This document shows, piece by piece, positions 48,663 through 58,417 of a stretch of DNA of 64,000 bases. The notes under the pieces were generated by a model, which worked only from the letters and a program-made list of their open reading frames with translations, had not been told where the DNA came from and searched no databases. Source of the stretch: Eubacteriales bacterium (GTDB lineage: Bacteria > Bacillota > Clostridia > Oscillospirales > CAG-272); NCBI GenBank assembly GCA_045643945.1, contig JAZRGA010000052.1, forward strand, positions 15,311-79,310, in the 5' to 3' direction. The translations under genes and the position numbers were made by a program. Position 1 is the first letter of the stretch; each line of letters opens with the position of its first letter.

Positions 48663-50822
48663 ATGGATATAATTAAAAAAATTGCGGAAGAATTTAATTT
48701 AAAGATAGAGCAGGTTGAAAAAACGGTTGCTCTTATTGACGAGGGCAATACTATTCCTTTTATTGCGAGATACCGTAAGGAGGAAACGGGAAGCCTTGAC
48801 GATACCGTTTTGCGTGATCTTGATGATAGACTTACTTATTTAAGAAATATCGAAAAGCGTAAGCAGGAGGTTACCGACCTCATTACAGAGCAGGGAAAGA
48901 TGACCGACGAGATTGCGGCGGCAATAGCAAATGCTCAAACCATTACCGAGGTTGACGATATATACCGTCCATTCCGTCCTCACAGAAAAACAAGAGCGTC
49001 GGTTGCTAAGGAAAAGGGACTCGAGCCGCTTGCAGAGCTTATTTTGGCTCAGGAAAAGAAGTACGAGCCTGCTATTGAAATTCAAGCCGAGGCGTATACA
49101 AACGAGGAGCTTGGCGTTTTGAGCGTTGAGGATGCTATAAGCGGCGCTTGCGATATTATCGCTGAGAGCGTTTCCGATAACGCTGATTTCAGAAAGACGG
49201 TAAGAAAGATTACCTTTGATACGGGTCTTATTTCTACAAAGGGCGCAACCGAGGAGGATTCGGTTTATGCTCAGTATTATGATCATACCGAGGCTATTTC
49301 CAAAATTCCCTCGCATAGAGTTCTTGCAATAAACCGCGGAGAAAAGGAAGAATTTTTAAAGGTTTCGATAAGCGTTGAAAAGGGTATTATATTGAATTAT
49401 CTTTGCTCCGAAATGATAACCGAGTTAAAGAGCCCTGCCGCAAAATATATCGAGGCGTCAGTTATTGATAGCTATGACCGTTTGATTGCACCGTCAATTG
49501 AGCGTGAGGTTAGAAATGAGCTTTTTGATACCGCAAGCGAAAGCGCAATTAAGCTTTTTGCCGATAATTTAAAGCATTTGCTTATGCAATCGCCGCTTAA
49601 AGGCAAGACGGTTCTTGGATTTGACCCGGGATTTATTAACGGATGTAAAACCGCAGTTGTTGATAAAACAGGTAAGGTTCTTGATACGGCGGTTGTTTAT
49701 CCTACTACTAAATCAGAGTACAAAACCAAGGAAGCGACTAAGATTATCAAGGGAATGGTCGAAAAGTACAAGGTTGACGTTATCGCTATAGGAAACGGTA
49801 CGGCATCTCGTGAAAGTGAGCAGTTCATTGCCGAAACACTTAAAAAAGTAAATTATGACTGCAAGTATATCATAATCAGTGAGGCGGGAGCTTCGGTTTA
49901 TTCCGCATCTAAGCTTGCGGCAGAGGAATTTCCCGATTTTGACGTTATGCAGCGTTCTGCGGTTTCTATCGCACGAAGATTGCAGGACCCGCTTGCCGAG
50001 CTTGTTAAGATAGACCCCAAGTCTATCGGTGTCGGTCAGTATCAGCACGATATGAAGCCTGCTCGTCTTGACGGTGCTTTGCAGGGCGTTGTTGAGGATT
50101 GCGTAAATAGCGTAGGTGTTGACGTAAACACAGCTTCATATTCCTTGCTTTCATATATTGCGGGAATTAATACTACCGCCGCTAAGAACATAGTAAAATA
50201 CCGCGAGGAAAATGGTGAATTTAAGTCGAGAAGCGCTATATTAAAGGTTCCGAGAATAGGAGCAAAGGCGTTTGAGCAGTGCGCGGGATTCTTGAGAGTT
50301 CCGAATGCTAAGGAAATTCTTGATAATACGGGTGTTCACCCCGAATCTTATGATGCGGCTCATAAGCTCCTTGCGCTTTTCGGATATTCCGAGGCAGACG
50401 TTGCGGCATCAAAGCTTGACGGAATTGAGGATAAAATACGCGAATACGGTACGGCAAAGGTATGCGAGGAATGCGGAGTCGGTGCGCCAACCCTCCACGA
50501 TATCGTTAAGGAGCTTCAAAAGCCCGGACGTGATATAAGAGATTCCTTTGAGCCGGTTGAGCTTCGTCAGGATGTAATGAACATCGAGGACCTTAAGCCT
50601 GATATGGTTTTGACGGGTACGGTAAGAAACGTTATTGATTTCGGAGCATTCGTTGATATCGGAGTTCATCAAGATGGCTTGGTCCATATTTCCGAGCTTT
50701 CCGACCGCTTCGTAAAGCATCCCTCTGACGTTGTTTCTCTCGGAGATAAGGTAGAGGTTAGAGTCCTTTCGGTTGATGTAAAGAAAAAGAGAATAGCACT
50801 TTCAATGAAAAAAGCTAAATAA
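48663..50822 (+). CDS. tex: Tex-like RNA-binding transcription accessory protein
   Basis: NTIPFIARYRKEETG, a YqgF/HhH middle region, and a C-terminal S1 domain GTVRNVIDFGAFVDIGVHQDGLVHISE. Confidence 0.9.
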   Translation: MDIIKKIAEEFNLKIEQVEKTVALIDEGNTIPFIARYRKEETGSLDDTVLRDLDDRLTYLRNIEKRKQEVTDLITEQGKMTDEIAAAIANAQTITEVDDIYRPFRPHRKTRASVAKEKGLEPLAELILAQEKKYEPAIEIQAEAYTNEELGVLSVEDAISGACDIIAESVSDNADFRKTVRKITFDTGLISTKGATEEDSVYAQYYDHTEAISKIPSHRVLAINRGEKEEFLKVSISVEKGIILNYLCSEMITELKSPAAKYIEASVIDSYDRLIAPSIEREVRNELFDTASESAIKLFADNLKHLLMQSPLKGKTVLGFDPGFINGCKTAVVDKTGKVLDTAVVYPTTKSEYKTKEATKIIKGMVEKYKVDVIAIGNGTASRESEQFIAETLKKVNYDCKYIIISEAGASVYSASKLAAEEFPDFDVMQRSAVSIARRLQDPLAELVKIDPKSIGVGQYQHDMKPARLDGALQGVVEDCVNSVGVDVNTASYSLLSYIAGINTTAAKNIVKYREENGEFKSRSAILKVPRIGAKAFEQCAGFLRVPNAKEILDNTGVHPESYDAAHKLLALFGYSEADVAASKLDGIEDKIREYGTAKVCEECGVGAPTLHDIVKELQKPGRDIRDSFEPVELRQDVMNIEDLKPDMVLTGTVRNVIDFGAFVDIGVHQDGLVHISELSDRFVKHPSDVVSLGDKVEVRVLSVDVKKKRIALSMKKAK

Positions 50823-50935
50823 TTTTTAATATATTAAAGCATTTTAAAAATTATTAAATTTTAATTATTTGCAAAAAACATCTATTTTGTTGAAAATGCA
50901 CAAAACAATTCTGCAAATTTCGTAGTTTTACCATC

Positions 50936-50964
50936 TTCAAATTTCGGTTAAAATTTGGTATAAT
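50936..50964 (+). promoter_or_regulatory. Extended -10 SigA promoter for the orphan msmK paralog
   Basis: TTCAAA (50936-50941), 17-nt spacer ending in TGg, then TATAAT (50959-50964). Confidence 0.45.
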
Positions 50965-51047
50965 AATATAGGTAAAAAAATGACTATTGAATATTGGCTA
51001 AATAATATCTAAATAATATTGCAATAAAATTAGGAGGCTTAAAAGCT

Positions 51048-52175
51048 ATGGCAAGTTTATCACTTAGACACATCTATAAGAAGTATCCGGGCGGAGTTAC
51101 CGCAGTTTCGGACTTCAATCTTGAAGTAAAGGACAAGGAGTTTTTGGTACTCGTTGGTCCTTCGGGTTGTGGTAAGACCACCACTCTCCGTATGATCGCA
51201 GGTCTTGAGGAAATCACCGAGGGTGAGCTCTTTATCGGCGACAGACTCGTTAATGACGTAGCTCCTAAGGACAGAGAGATTGCGATGGTTTTCCAGAACT
51301 ACGCTCTTTATCCTCATATGTCCGTATTTGAAAATATGTCCTTCGGACTTAAGCTTAATAAGGTTCCCAAGGAGAAAATCAAGCGCCTTGTTGAGGAAGC
51401 GGCAAGAATTCTTGATATTACCCACCTTCTCGACAGAAAGCCTAAGGCATTGTCCGGTGGTCAGAAGCAGCGTGTTGCTCTCGGTCGTGCAATCGTTCGT
51501 GAGCCTAAGGTGTTCTTGCTTGACGAGCCTCTTTCAAACCTCGATGCTAAGCTTCGTGCAGCCATGAGAACAGAGCTTACAAAGCTTCATAAGAGAGTTG
51601 GTACAACCTTCGTATACGTAACACACGACCAGGTAGAGGCTATGACAATGGCAACCCGTATCGTTGTTATGAAGGACGGTCTTATTCAGCAGGTTGATAC
51701 TCCTCAAAGACTTTATGATTATCCTTGCAACATCTTCGTAGCAGGATTTATCGGAACTCCTCAGATGAACTTCATTAACGGTAAGCTCGTTAAGAAGGGT
51801 GAAGACGTTTACTTTGATTTCCAGAACGTATCGCTTAAGCTTCCCGAGGAAAAGGCTAAAGCAGAGGAGCTTAAGGATTATATCGGTCAGGAGGTTGTTG
51901 TTGGTCTTCGTCCTGAGGCAATTTCCGATGTTGCAGATGCAGTCGCAGCTAACCCTGAATACTCCTTCGACGTTAATGTTGACGTTACCGAGCTTATGGG
52001 AGCGGAGATTTATCTCTACCTCACAGTTGGTGACCCCGAGGATGAGCCTACATCTCTTATCGCGCGTGTATCTTCCCGTTCACAGTCAAGAGCAGGCGAC
52101 AAGATTAAGGTTGCTGTTGATATGTCGAGATTCCATATCTTTGATAAGGATACAGAGGTTTGCATACTTCACTAA
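51048..52175 (+). CDS. msmK: Sugar ABC transporter ATP-binding protein (MsmK/UgpC type), stand-alone
   Basis: [36 protein letters not shown]. Monocistronic, with its own promoter and terminator. Codon usage resembles that of highly expressed genes. Confidence 0.88.
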   Translation: MASLSLRHIYKKYPGGVTAVSDFNLEVKDKEFLVLVGPSGCGKTTTLRMIAGLEEITEGELFIGDRLVNDVAPKDREIAMVFQNYALYPHMSVFENMSFGLKLNKVPKEKIKRLVEEAARILDITHLLDRKPKALSGGQKQRVALGRAIVREPKVFLLDEPLSNLDAKLRAAMRTELTKLHKRVGTTFVYVTHDQVEAMTMATRIVVMKDGLIQQVDTPQRLYDYPCNIFVAGFIGTPQMNFINGKLVKKGEDVYFDFQNVSLKLPEEKAKAEELKDYIGQEVVVGLRPEAISDVADAVAANPEYSFDVNVDVTELMGAEIYLYLTVGDPEDEPTSLIARVSSRSQSRAGDKIKVAVDMSRFHIFDKDTEVCILH

Positions 52176-52196
52176 TTTAGATTATATATTAAAAAA

Positions 52197-52221
52197 CGAG
52201 GCATTTTTTGCCTCGTTTTTT
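52197..52221 (+). terminator. Rho-independent terminator
   Basis: CGAGGCA (52197-52203) pairs with TGCCTCG (52209-52215), followed by TTTTTT. An A-tract lies upstream. Confidence 0.65.
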
Positions 52222-52244
52222 GTAATCTTAATAATATAAAAAAT

Positions 52245-52276
52245 AAAAAAACGGATAACCAAAGTCATCCGTTTTT
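52245..52276 (-). terminator. Terminator downstream of tRNA-Leu
   Basis: ACGGAT (52251-52256) pairs with ATCCGT (52267-52272), flanked by A- and T-runs. Confidence 0.5.
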
Positions 52277-52363
52277 TGGTGCCGGTGGTCGGGGTCGAAC
52301 CGACACGGTATCGCTACCACTGGATTTTGAGTCCAGCACGTCTGCCAATTCCATCACACCGGC
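52277..52363 (-). tRNA. tRNA-Leu (anticodon CAA), class II, CCA encoded
   Basis: The reverse complement is GCCGGTGTGATGGAATTGGCAGACGTGCTGGACTCAAAATCCAGTGGTAGCGATACCGTGTCGGTTCGACCCCGACCACCGGCACCA. Acceptor GCCGGTG/CACCGGC. Anticodon stem CTGGA/TCCAG with loop CTCAAAA. Confidence 0.9.
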
Positions 52364-52536
52364 ATATCACGATAAATATTATACCAAACTTAGGATAAAA
52401 AGTCAATAGCTTTTTGCAAAATTATTTAAAAATAAATATAAAATAAACTTAAATTTTAAATTTTAAAAATATCTATTCCATTTATGCCTTGAATATGGTA
52501 TAATAATATAAGATTTTGAAAAAAGGAGGGGATTTT

Positions 52537-54840
52537 ATGAAAAGATTAATGTATCGAGCAATATCGCTGCTTTTATTATTTTCTGTTATGATTTCCGCCT
52601 TTTCTGTTTTGGTATTAGCAGGTGATTTTTCGGAGGCGATTGATGTTCAGGAGAATGAGCTTCTTTCCGAGAATATACTTTCATTTTCTTGTATATATGA
52701 CCCAAATACAAAGAATGTCAACATAAACGGTACTATGAATCACGATGCGTTTGCATTACACGGAGATTCGACGCTTCTTATATATTCTATTCCCGCAGGT
52801 AAAAGTGAGAATGATGTTATATATGATAAAAGCTACTCTCCAATAGCCGAGTCGCCCGTTTCGATATCCTTTGCTTTTTCTTTTAAAATAGATTCCATAG
52901 TAGAAAGATATTGTCGATATGCTATATTTATTCGCTCGACCGACGGAAAATATATTTTAACCACAGAAGCGCAATACGCCGAAACCAATATAGCGTTTGA
53001 GGAAACAGTAGATAAAAGTGCGTTTAAGGGTCTTTCGGGAAATTATTCTTCAAGCATTTCAAGCCTTAATTCTCAGGTCACCGTAATTCCCGTATATTTG
53101 GATTTAATATTCGCAGATGATGCGAGCGGACATATTTATCAGGTTAATGATTACCAAATCTCATTTAACGAAAATTATATCGACGAGCTTGATTCGGAAA
53201 TTCGTTCTTTAAGTATGTTTAATACAACCGTATATCTTCAGTTTCTTTTGCGTTCAGGAGGAATTATTCCGACACTTATGAATGACGGCGCGGAATATGC
53301 TTTACCGAACACCTTTGATGAACAGACGATAATGCATATTCACGCAGTTACTGATTTTCTAATATCGAGGTATTCAAGCAGAGAGAACGGTTACGTTAGC
53401 GGTATAGTTTTGGGAAAGGCGTGGAATAATCCGTCAAAATTTAACTCTTATAAAGATGTAAGCTTTGATAACTACGTTCTGATGTGCGGAAATTATGCGG
53501 CTATCGTATCTAATGCCGCAAGAGATATTAATCCAAAAACAAATATAATTTTATCATTTAGCGCAGACGGATTTTGCATCGAGAAGAATGAAAACGAAAA
53601 TATCAATAATTATTTTTCCTCCCGAAAGCTTTTGTCCGCTCTTATGGAATATTTTGATGAGAGCAGTTATTCGGGAATAAAGTGTTCACTTTCACTTGAA
53701 GCATATGAAACACCGCTTGATATTACATCCGATGACATTAAAAACGGTATAGACACCGAAAAGAATTTGCCTAACGGTAAATTCTACATAGGAAGACAAA
53801 GCGAGATATCCGATTTTTTGGCGGAGCTTTCCACTAAATATAAAAGCGCAACAAAATATTATACCGTATTATGGATTCCTAAAAAGGAGCTTAAGGGTAA
53901 TGCGCTTTGCGCGGCTTATGCATATGCGTATTATGAATTACTTACAGATAATAACGTACTTGGATTTAACGTTGAATTTTCTTCAAAGGCAGAAAATCTT
54001 GAAAATTTATCGGATCTTGCTTTTGTGCTAAAAAATATAGATTCAAGCAGTTCAAGTGAGGCAACCGAGGATTTGCTCGCTTTTTTTGGAAAGGATACTT
54101 GGCTTGAGGTGGTAAACGCAAAGGAATTGCCTAAGTCAACTCAGAAGAAGTATTATTATTCAAGTGTTTTGTCAAATCTTCCTAAAAAAATAAAAGGAGA
54201 ATTTTGCTATTTTGATTTTTCTAAGGCTTTTTTGGCGGACGGTTGGATAAGGGGCGCAGGATGTGACGATATAAAAATTGATTATTTGTTAACTGGTGAT
54301 AAGGCTCTAAAGGCAAATATGCGTGTTGGCGATGGCGATTTTTGCGACCTTATATATAAATATGAGTATTCCGAAAATATATCTTACACGCCGTATATCA
54401 AATTTAATATTGAAATCAACAGTGAGCGCGCATTTCCGCTCTATGAAATTAAATTTGTATTTAACAGTCAAAGCGCAACCTTTGAGAGCAGTACAGTGAT
54501 AAAGGGAAATTCTCAAGCAGAGGTGATTTTGGATATGAGCAAGGCAAAGAGCTTTTCCTTACTCGATTCGGTTAAAATTTCCTTGCGCTCCTTGGATGGC
54601 TCTGTTGACAATGCATCATTATTTATTCGAGATATAACAGGATATAGTAAAAATTTCAGCAATCAAGAGCTTGGCGATTTTATCGAGAAAGAACGTGACA
54701 AGCAAAAATATCATAATCTCGATAGCGAGTATAGCGTTTGGTTTAAGATTGGATTTGTCGCATTAATCATATCGCTTTCCGCGGCTTTGGGCTTCTTATT
54801 TATTTTGTTTATCAGGAAGAACAGTCGAAGAAAAGAATAA
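52537..54840 (+). CDS. Large hypothetical cell-surface protein (N-terminal signal peptide, C-terminal TM anchor)
   Basis: Start at MKRLMYRAISLLLLFSVMISAFSVLVLAG (GGAGGGG RBS). C-terminal anchor WFKIGFVALIISLSAALGFLFILFIRKNSRRKE. The central region has alternating beta/alpha character (VIPVYLDLIF, VYLQFLL, VSGIVLGKAWNN) reminiscent of a TIM-barrel glycosidase-like fold. This is speculative. Confidence 0.5.
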   Translation: MKRLMYRAISLLLLFSVMISAFSVLVLAGDFSEAIDVQENELLSENILSFSCIYDPNTKNVNINGTMNHDAFALHGDSTLLIYSIPAGKSENDVIYDKSYSPIAESPVSISFAFSFKIDSIVERYCRYAIFIRSTDGKYILTTEAQYAETNIAFEETVDKSAFKGLSGNYSSSISSLNSQVTVIPVYLDLIFADDASGHIYQVNDYQISFNENYIDELDSEIRSLSMFNTTVYLQFLLRSGGIIPTLMNDGAEYALPNTFDEQTIMHIHAVTDFLISRYSSRENGYVSGIVLGKAWNNPSKFNSYKDVSFDNYVLMCGNYAAIVSNAARDINPKTNIILSFSADGFCIEKNENENINNYFSSRKLLSALMEYFDESSYSGIKCSLSLEAYETPLDITSDDIKNGIDTEKNLPNGKFYIGRQSEISDFLAELSTKYKSATKYYTVLWIPKKELKGNALCAAYAYAYYELLTDNNVLGFNVEFSSKAENLENLSDLAFVLKNIDSSSSSEATEDLLAFFGKDTWLEVVNAKELPKSTQKKYYYSSVLSNLPKKIKGEFCYFDFSKAFLADGWIRGAGCDDIKIDYLLTGDKALKANMRVGDGDFCDLIYKYEYSENISYTPYIKFNIEINSERAFPLYEIKFVFNSQSATFESSTVIKGNSQAEVILDMSKAKSFSLLDSVKISLRSLDGSVDNASLFIRDITGYSKNFSNQELGDFIEKERDKQKYHNLDSEYSVWFKIGFVALIISLSAALGFLFILFIRKNSRRKE

Positions 54841-54869
54841 TTTATAAATTGTAAAAATGGAGGAATCGG

Positions 54870-57800
54870 ATGTCTGATTTTGTACATCTTCATTTACACA
54901 GTGAATATAGCCTGCTTGACGGAGCGTGTAGAATAAAGGATATTCCGCTTCGAGCAAAGGAGTGCGGTCATAGTGCCGTTGCGCTTACCGACCACGGCTC
55001 TATGTATGGCGTTATTGCTTTTTATAATGAATGTAAAAAGCAAGGAATTAAGCCTATAATCGGATGTGAGGTATATGTAGCATCACGGAGTCGCTTTGAA
55101 AAAAACGAGGGCAGAGGAACTAAATATAACCACCTCGTTTTATTATGTAAAAATGAAATCGGGTATAAAAATCTTACCTATATGGTGTCTAAGGGATTTA
55201 CTGAAGGGTTTTATTCTAAGCCGAGAGTTGATATCGAGCTTTTGAGAGGACATTCCGAGGGATTGATTGCGCTTTCGGGTTGCCTTGCGGGAAAGATACC
55301 ATCGCTTTTGAGCATGGGCGATTACGAGTCGGCTAAAAATACTGCGTATGAGCTTTTAGAAATATTCGGTAAGGATAATTTTTATATCGAAATTCAGGAC
55401 CACGGAATAAATGAGCAGCAGCAAATTCTTCCAAGCCTCGTAAGACTTTCCGAGGAGTGTGACATTCCTTTGGTTGCTACCAATGATTGCCATTACCTTC
55501 GCAGAAGTGATGCGGAGCTTCAAGCGGTGCTTATGTGTATTCAAACGAATAGCTCGATTCTTGACGGCAGACCGATAGGCTTTGAAACTGACGAGTTTTA
55601 TTATAAAACCACTGAGGAAATGAAGATGCTTTTTGGAAGATATCACGGGGCTATCGAAAACACCGTAAAAATTGCCGAAAGATGCAATCTTGAGTTTTCG
55701 TTTGAGGGATATAAGCTTCCAAAATATCCAACACCGAACGGTTTAACCGCGGGAGAATATTTGCGAGAGCTTACCTATGATTCTCTGAAAAGCAGAGTTG
55801 AAGCGAAAACTCTGGTTTATGCCGACGATAAGTCGAAGTATATTGATAGAATCGAATATGAGCTTTCTGTAATCGAGTCTATGGGATATTCCGACTATTT
55901 TTTGATAGTTTGGGATTACGTTAATTTTGCTCATAAGAATAATATTCCCGTAGGACCGGGGCGAGGCTCGGGAGCGGGAAGCCTTGTAGCCTTTTTGATA
56001 GGTATTACCGATATAGACCCTATAAAATTCGACCTTCTTTTCGAGCGCTTTCTTAATCCTGAGAGAGTAAGTATGCCCGATATAGACGTTGATTTTTGCT
56101 ATAATCGCAGGGACGAGGTTATACGGTATATGTATGAGAGGTACGGAGAGGACCATGTTTCGCAGATTATTGCATTTGGAACTCTTGGAGCTAAGGCGGC
56201 AATCCGTGACGTTGGACGTGTAACGGGTATGTCATATTCCGACGTTGACGTTGTAGCTAAGTTGATACCTAAAGACCCCTCGATAACCATTGAAGAAGCT
56301 TTAAAGCAAAAGGACCTTCAAGCCTTGTATCAGGAGTCCCGTGACGTAAGGCGACTCATAGATACCGCCAAAGCGCTTGAGGGAATGCCGAGAAATGTGA
56401 CTATACACGCTGCGGGACTTGTTGTTAGTGATAAGCCTATAACGGAGTATCTTCCTTTAGCGACGAGTAACGGTAGCATAGTAACGCAGTTTGATATGGA
56501 TACCGTGGCGATGCTTGGACTGTTAAAGTTCGATTTTTTGGCGTTGCGATATTTAACGATAATTGACGATGCTTGCAAATTTATTAAAGATACTAATCCC
56601 GATTTTGATATAGAAACGATTCCACTTGATGATAAGATAACATATGAACTTATTTCATCGGGAAATACACTTGGAATTTTCCAGCTCGAGTCAGGCGGAA
56701 TGCGACAGATGCTCACAGAGCTTTCTCCTGATAGATTTGAGGACGTTATTGCCGCTATTGCGCTATATAGACCCGGTCCGATGGATTCAATTCCTAAATA
56801 TATCGAGGCTCGTCATAATCCAAGTAAAATAACTTATGCGCACAGTCTTTTAGAGCCTATATTGCGCTCAACCTACGGCTGCATAGTTTATCAAGAGCAG
56901 GTAATGAGTATTTTCCGCGTAATAGCGGGTTACACATACGGACATGCCGACGTAGTAAGACGTGCAATATCCAAAAAGAAAGGTAACGTGCTTGAGGCGG
57001 AAAAGGATAATTTCTTAAACGGTGCCGTATCAAACGGAATTGAGCGCTCGATTGCCGAGAAGCTTTTTGACGATATTGCTTCATTTGCAAACTACGCCTT
57101 TAATAAGAGCCATGCGGCGGCGTATGCTCTTATTTCGTATCGTACCGCATACTTAAAGGCTCATTATACGTGTGAATATATGGCGGCACTTATAACGTCT
57201 GTTCTCGGTAATATGACTAAGCTTGCAGAATATATCAGTGAATGCGGCAAATATAACATTAAGGTACTTCCGCCCGATATTAATGAAAGTCGCTTGCTTT
57301 TTTATCCTCGAAAGAATAATATTATATTTGGCTTATTGGCGCTTAAGAATGTTGGTAGACAGTTCGTTGAGGGTATAATTACCGAGCGTGACGTTAACGG
57401 ACGTTATGAAAGCTTTGAGGATTTTATTTCAAGAGCGTCCCAATATGATATTAATAAGCGAATGATAGAGGCTCTTATTAAGGTAGGAGCATTTGACAAG
57501 CTTGGTGTTTTCAGAAGTCAGCTTCTTGCGTCTTATGAATCGATAATTGACACCGAGCAGCAAAAGAGCCGTAATAATCTTTCGGGTCAGCTCGATATGT
57601 TCTCGGCATTACCGTCGGTATCTACCTTGAATTTACGGTTTAAATATCCAGATATCCCCGAAAGACCCGCAAAGGAAAAGCTTAAAATGGAAAAAGAAGT
57701 GGCGGGAATGTATTTTTCGGGAAATCTTTTGGATAGCTATTCCGAGCATATTTCAAAGCTTTCTCCTATGAGAATTAGCGATATTATCGGAAACGAAGAA

Positions 57801-58340
57801 ATCAACGACCGTCAATATGTAAAGGTTGCGGGAATGATAACCTCAATAACCTTTAAAACAACAAAGAGAAACGATAGAATGGCATTTATTACTCTTGAGG
57901 ATAAATACGGAGAAATAGAATGTATTTTCTTTGCAAATCAACTCGAGCGCCATGCCGATATGGTTTCGGAGGATAATGCGATTTGCGTAGAGGGAAATAT
58001 TTCCTTGCGTGAGGACGAGGATTCCAAGCTTATCGTTAATAAGGTAACGCTCTTGATTGAGAACGGAGCGCAAAACATTTCCGCAGGAAATATAATAAAA
58101 ATAAAAAAAGAGCTTCCTAAAAGCTTTTCGAAAATATATCTTAGATTTCCCGATTTGATTTGTGACGAGGTTTCGGATGTAAAGAGGCTTATATCCGAGA
58201 ATAGAGGCTCTTCAAGCGTAATTTTCTATGATACAAGTAAAAAGGCATATCAATCTTATGATGGAGCGATGGATTTAAATATCGACACCTATAACCGATT
58301 GATAGATATTCTCGGTGAGGAGAACGTCGTTCCAAAATAA
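54870..58340 (+). CDS. dnaE: DNA polymerase III alpha subunit
   Basis: PHP domain FVHLHLHSEYSLLDGA, palm region GPGRGSGAGSLVAF and DIDVDF, and a C-terminal OB fold. Confidence 0.92.
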   Translation: MSDFVHLHLHSEYSLLDGACRIKDIPLRAKECGHSAVALTDHGSMYGVIAFYNECKKQGIKPIIGCEVYVASRSRFEKNEGRGTKYNHLVLLCKNEIGYKNLTYMVSKGFTEGFYSKPRVDIELLRGHSEGLIALSGCLAGKIPSLLSMGDYESAKNTAYELLEIFGKDNFYIEIQDHGINEQQQILPSLVRLSEECDIPLVATNDCHYLRRSDAELQAVLMCIQTNSSILDGRPIGFETDEFYYKTTEEMKMLFGRYHGAIENTVKIAERCNLEFSFEGYKLPKYPTPNGLTAGEYLRELTYDSLKSRVEAKTLVYADDKSKYIDRIEYELSVIESMGYSDYFLIVWDYVNFAHKNNIPVGPGRGSGAGSLVAFLIGITDIDPIKFDLLFERFLNPERVSMPDIDVDFCYNRRDEVIRYMYERYGEDHVSQIIAFGTLGAKAAIRDVGRVTGMSYSDVDVVAKLIPKDPSITIEEALKQKDLQALYQESRDVRRLIDTAKALEGMPRNVTIHAAGLVVSDKPITEYLPLATSNGSIVTQFDMDTVAMLGLLKFDFLALRYLTIIDDACKFIKDTNPDFDIETIPLDDKITYELISSGNTLGIFQLESGGMRQMLTELSPDRFEDVIAAIALYRPGPMDSIPKYIEARHNPSKITYAHSLLEPILRSTYGCIVYQEQVMSIFRVIAGYTYGHADVVRRAISKKKGNVLEAEKDNFLNGAVSNGIERSIAEKLFDDIASFANYAFNKSHAAAYALISYRTAYLKAHYTCEYMAALITSVLGNMTKLAEYISECGKYNIKVLPPDINESRLLFYPRKNNIIFGLLALKNVGRQFVEGIITERDVNGRYESFEDFISRASQYDINKRMIEALIKVGAFDKLGVFRSQLLASYESIIDTEQQKSRNNLSGQLDMFSALPSVSTLNLRFKYPDIPERPAKEKLKMEKEVAGMYFSGNLLDSYSEHISKLSPMRISDIIGNEEINDRQYVKVAGMITSITFKTTKRNDRMAFITLEDKYGEIECIFFANQLERHADMVSEDNAICVEGNISLREDEDSKLIVNKVTLLIENGAQNISAGNIIKIKKELPKSFSKIYLRFPDLICDEVSDVKRLISENRGSSSVIFYDTSKKAYQSYDGAMDLNIDTYNRLIDILGEENVVPK

Positions 58341-58348
58341 TTCTTTTA

Positions 58349-58381
58349 ATATCCTATGCTTTGGCGTAGGATATTTTTTTC
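58349..58381 (+). terminator. Rho-independent terminator after dnaE
   Basis: ATATCCTA (58349-58356) pairs with TAGGATAT (58367-58374), followed by TTTTTTT. Confidence 0.6.
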
Positions 58382-58417
58382 TTTTTTGTAAATACTATTA
58401 AAAAATGAGGTAGGCTT

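Noticed and set aside
50818-50855. 12-bp inverted repeat AATAATTTTTAA ... TTAAAAATTATT just after tex
   Set aside because: It is composed only of A/T, so the predicted stem is very weak. It could be a poor terminator but is equally expected by chance in AT-rich spacer DNA.
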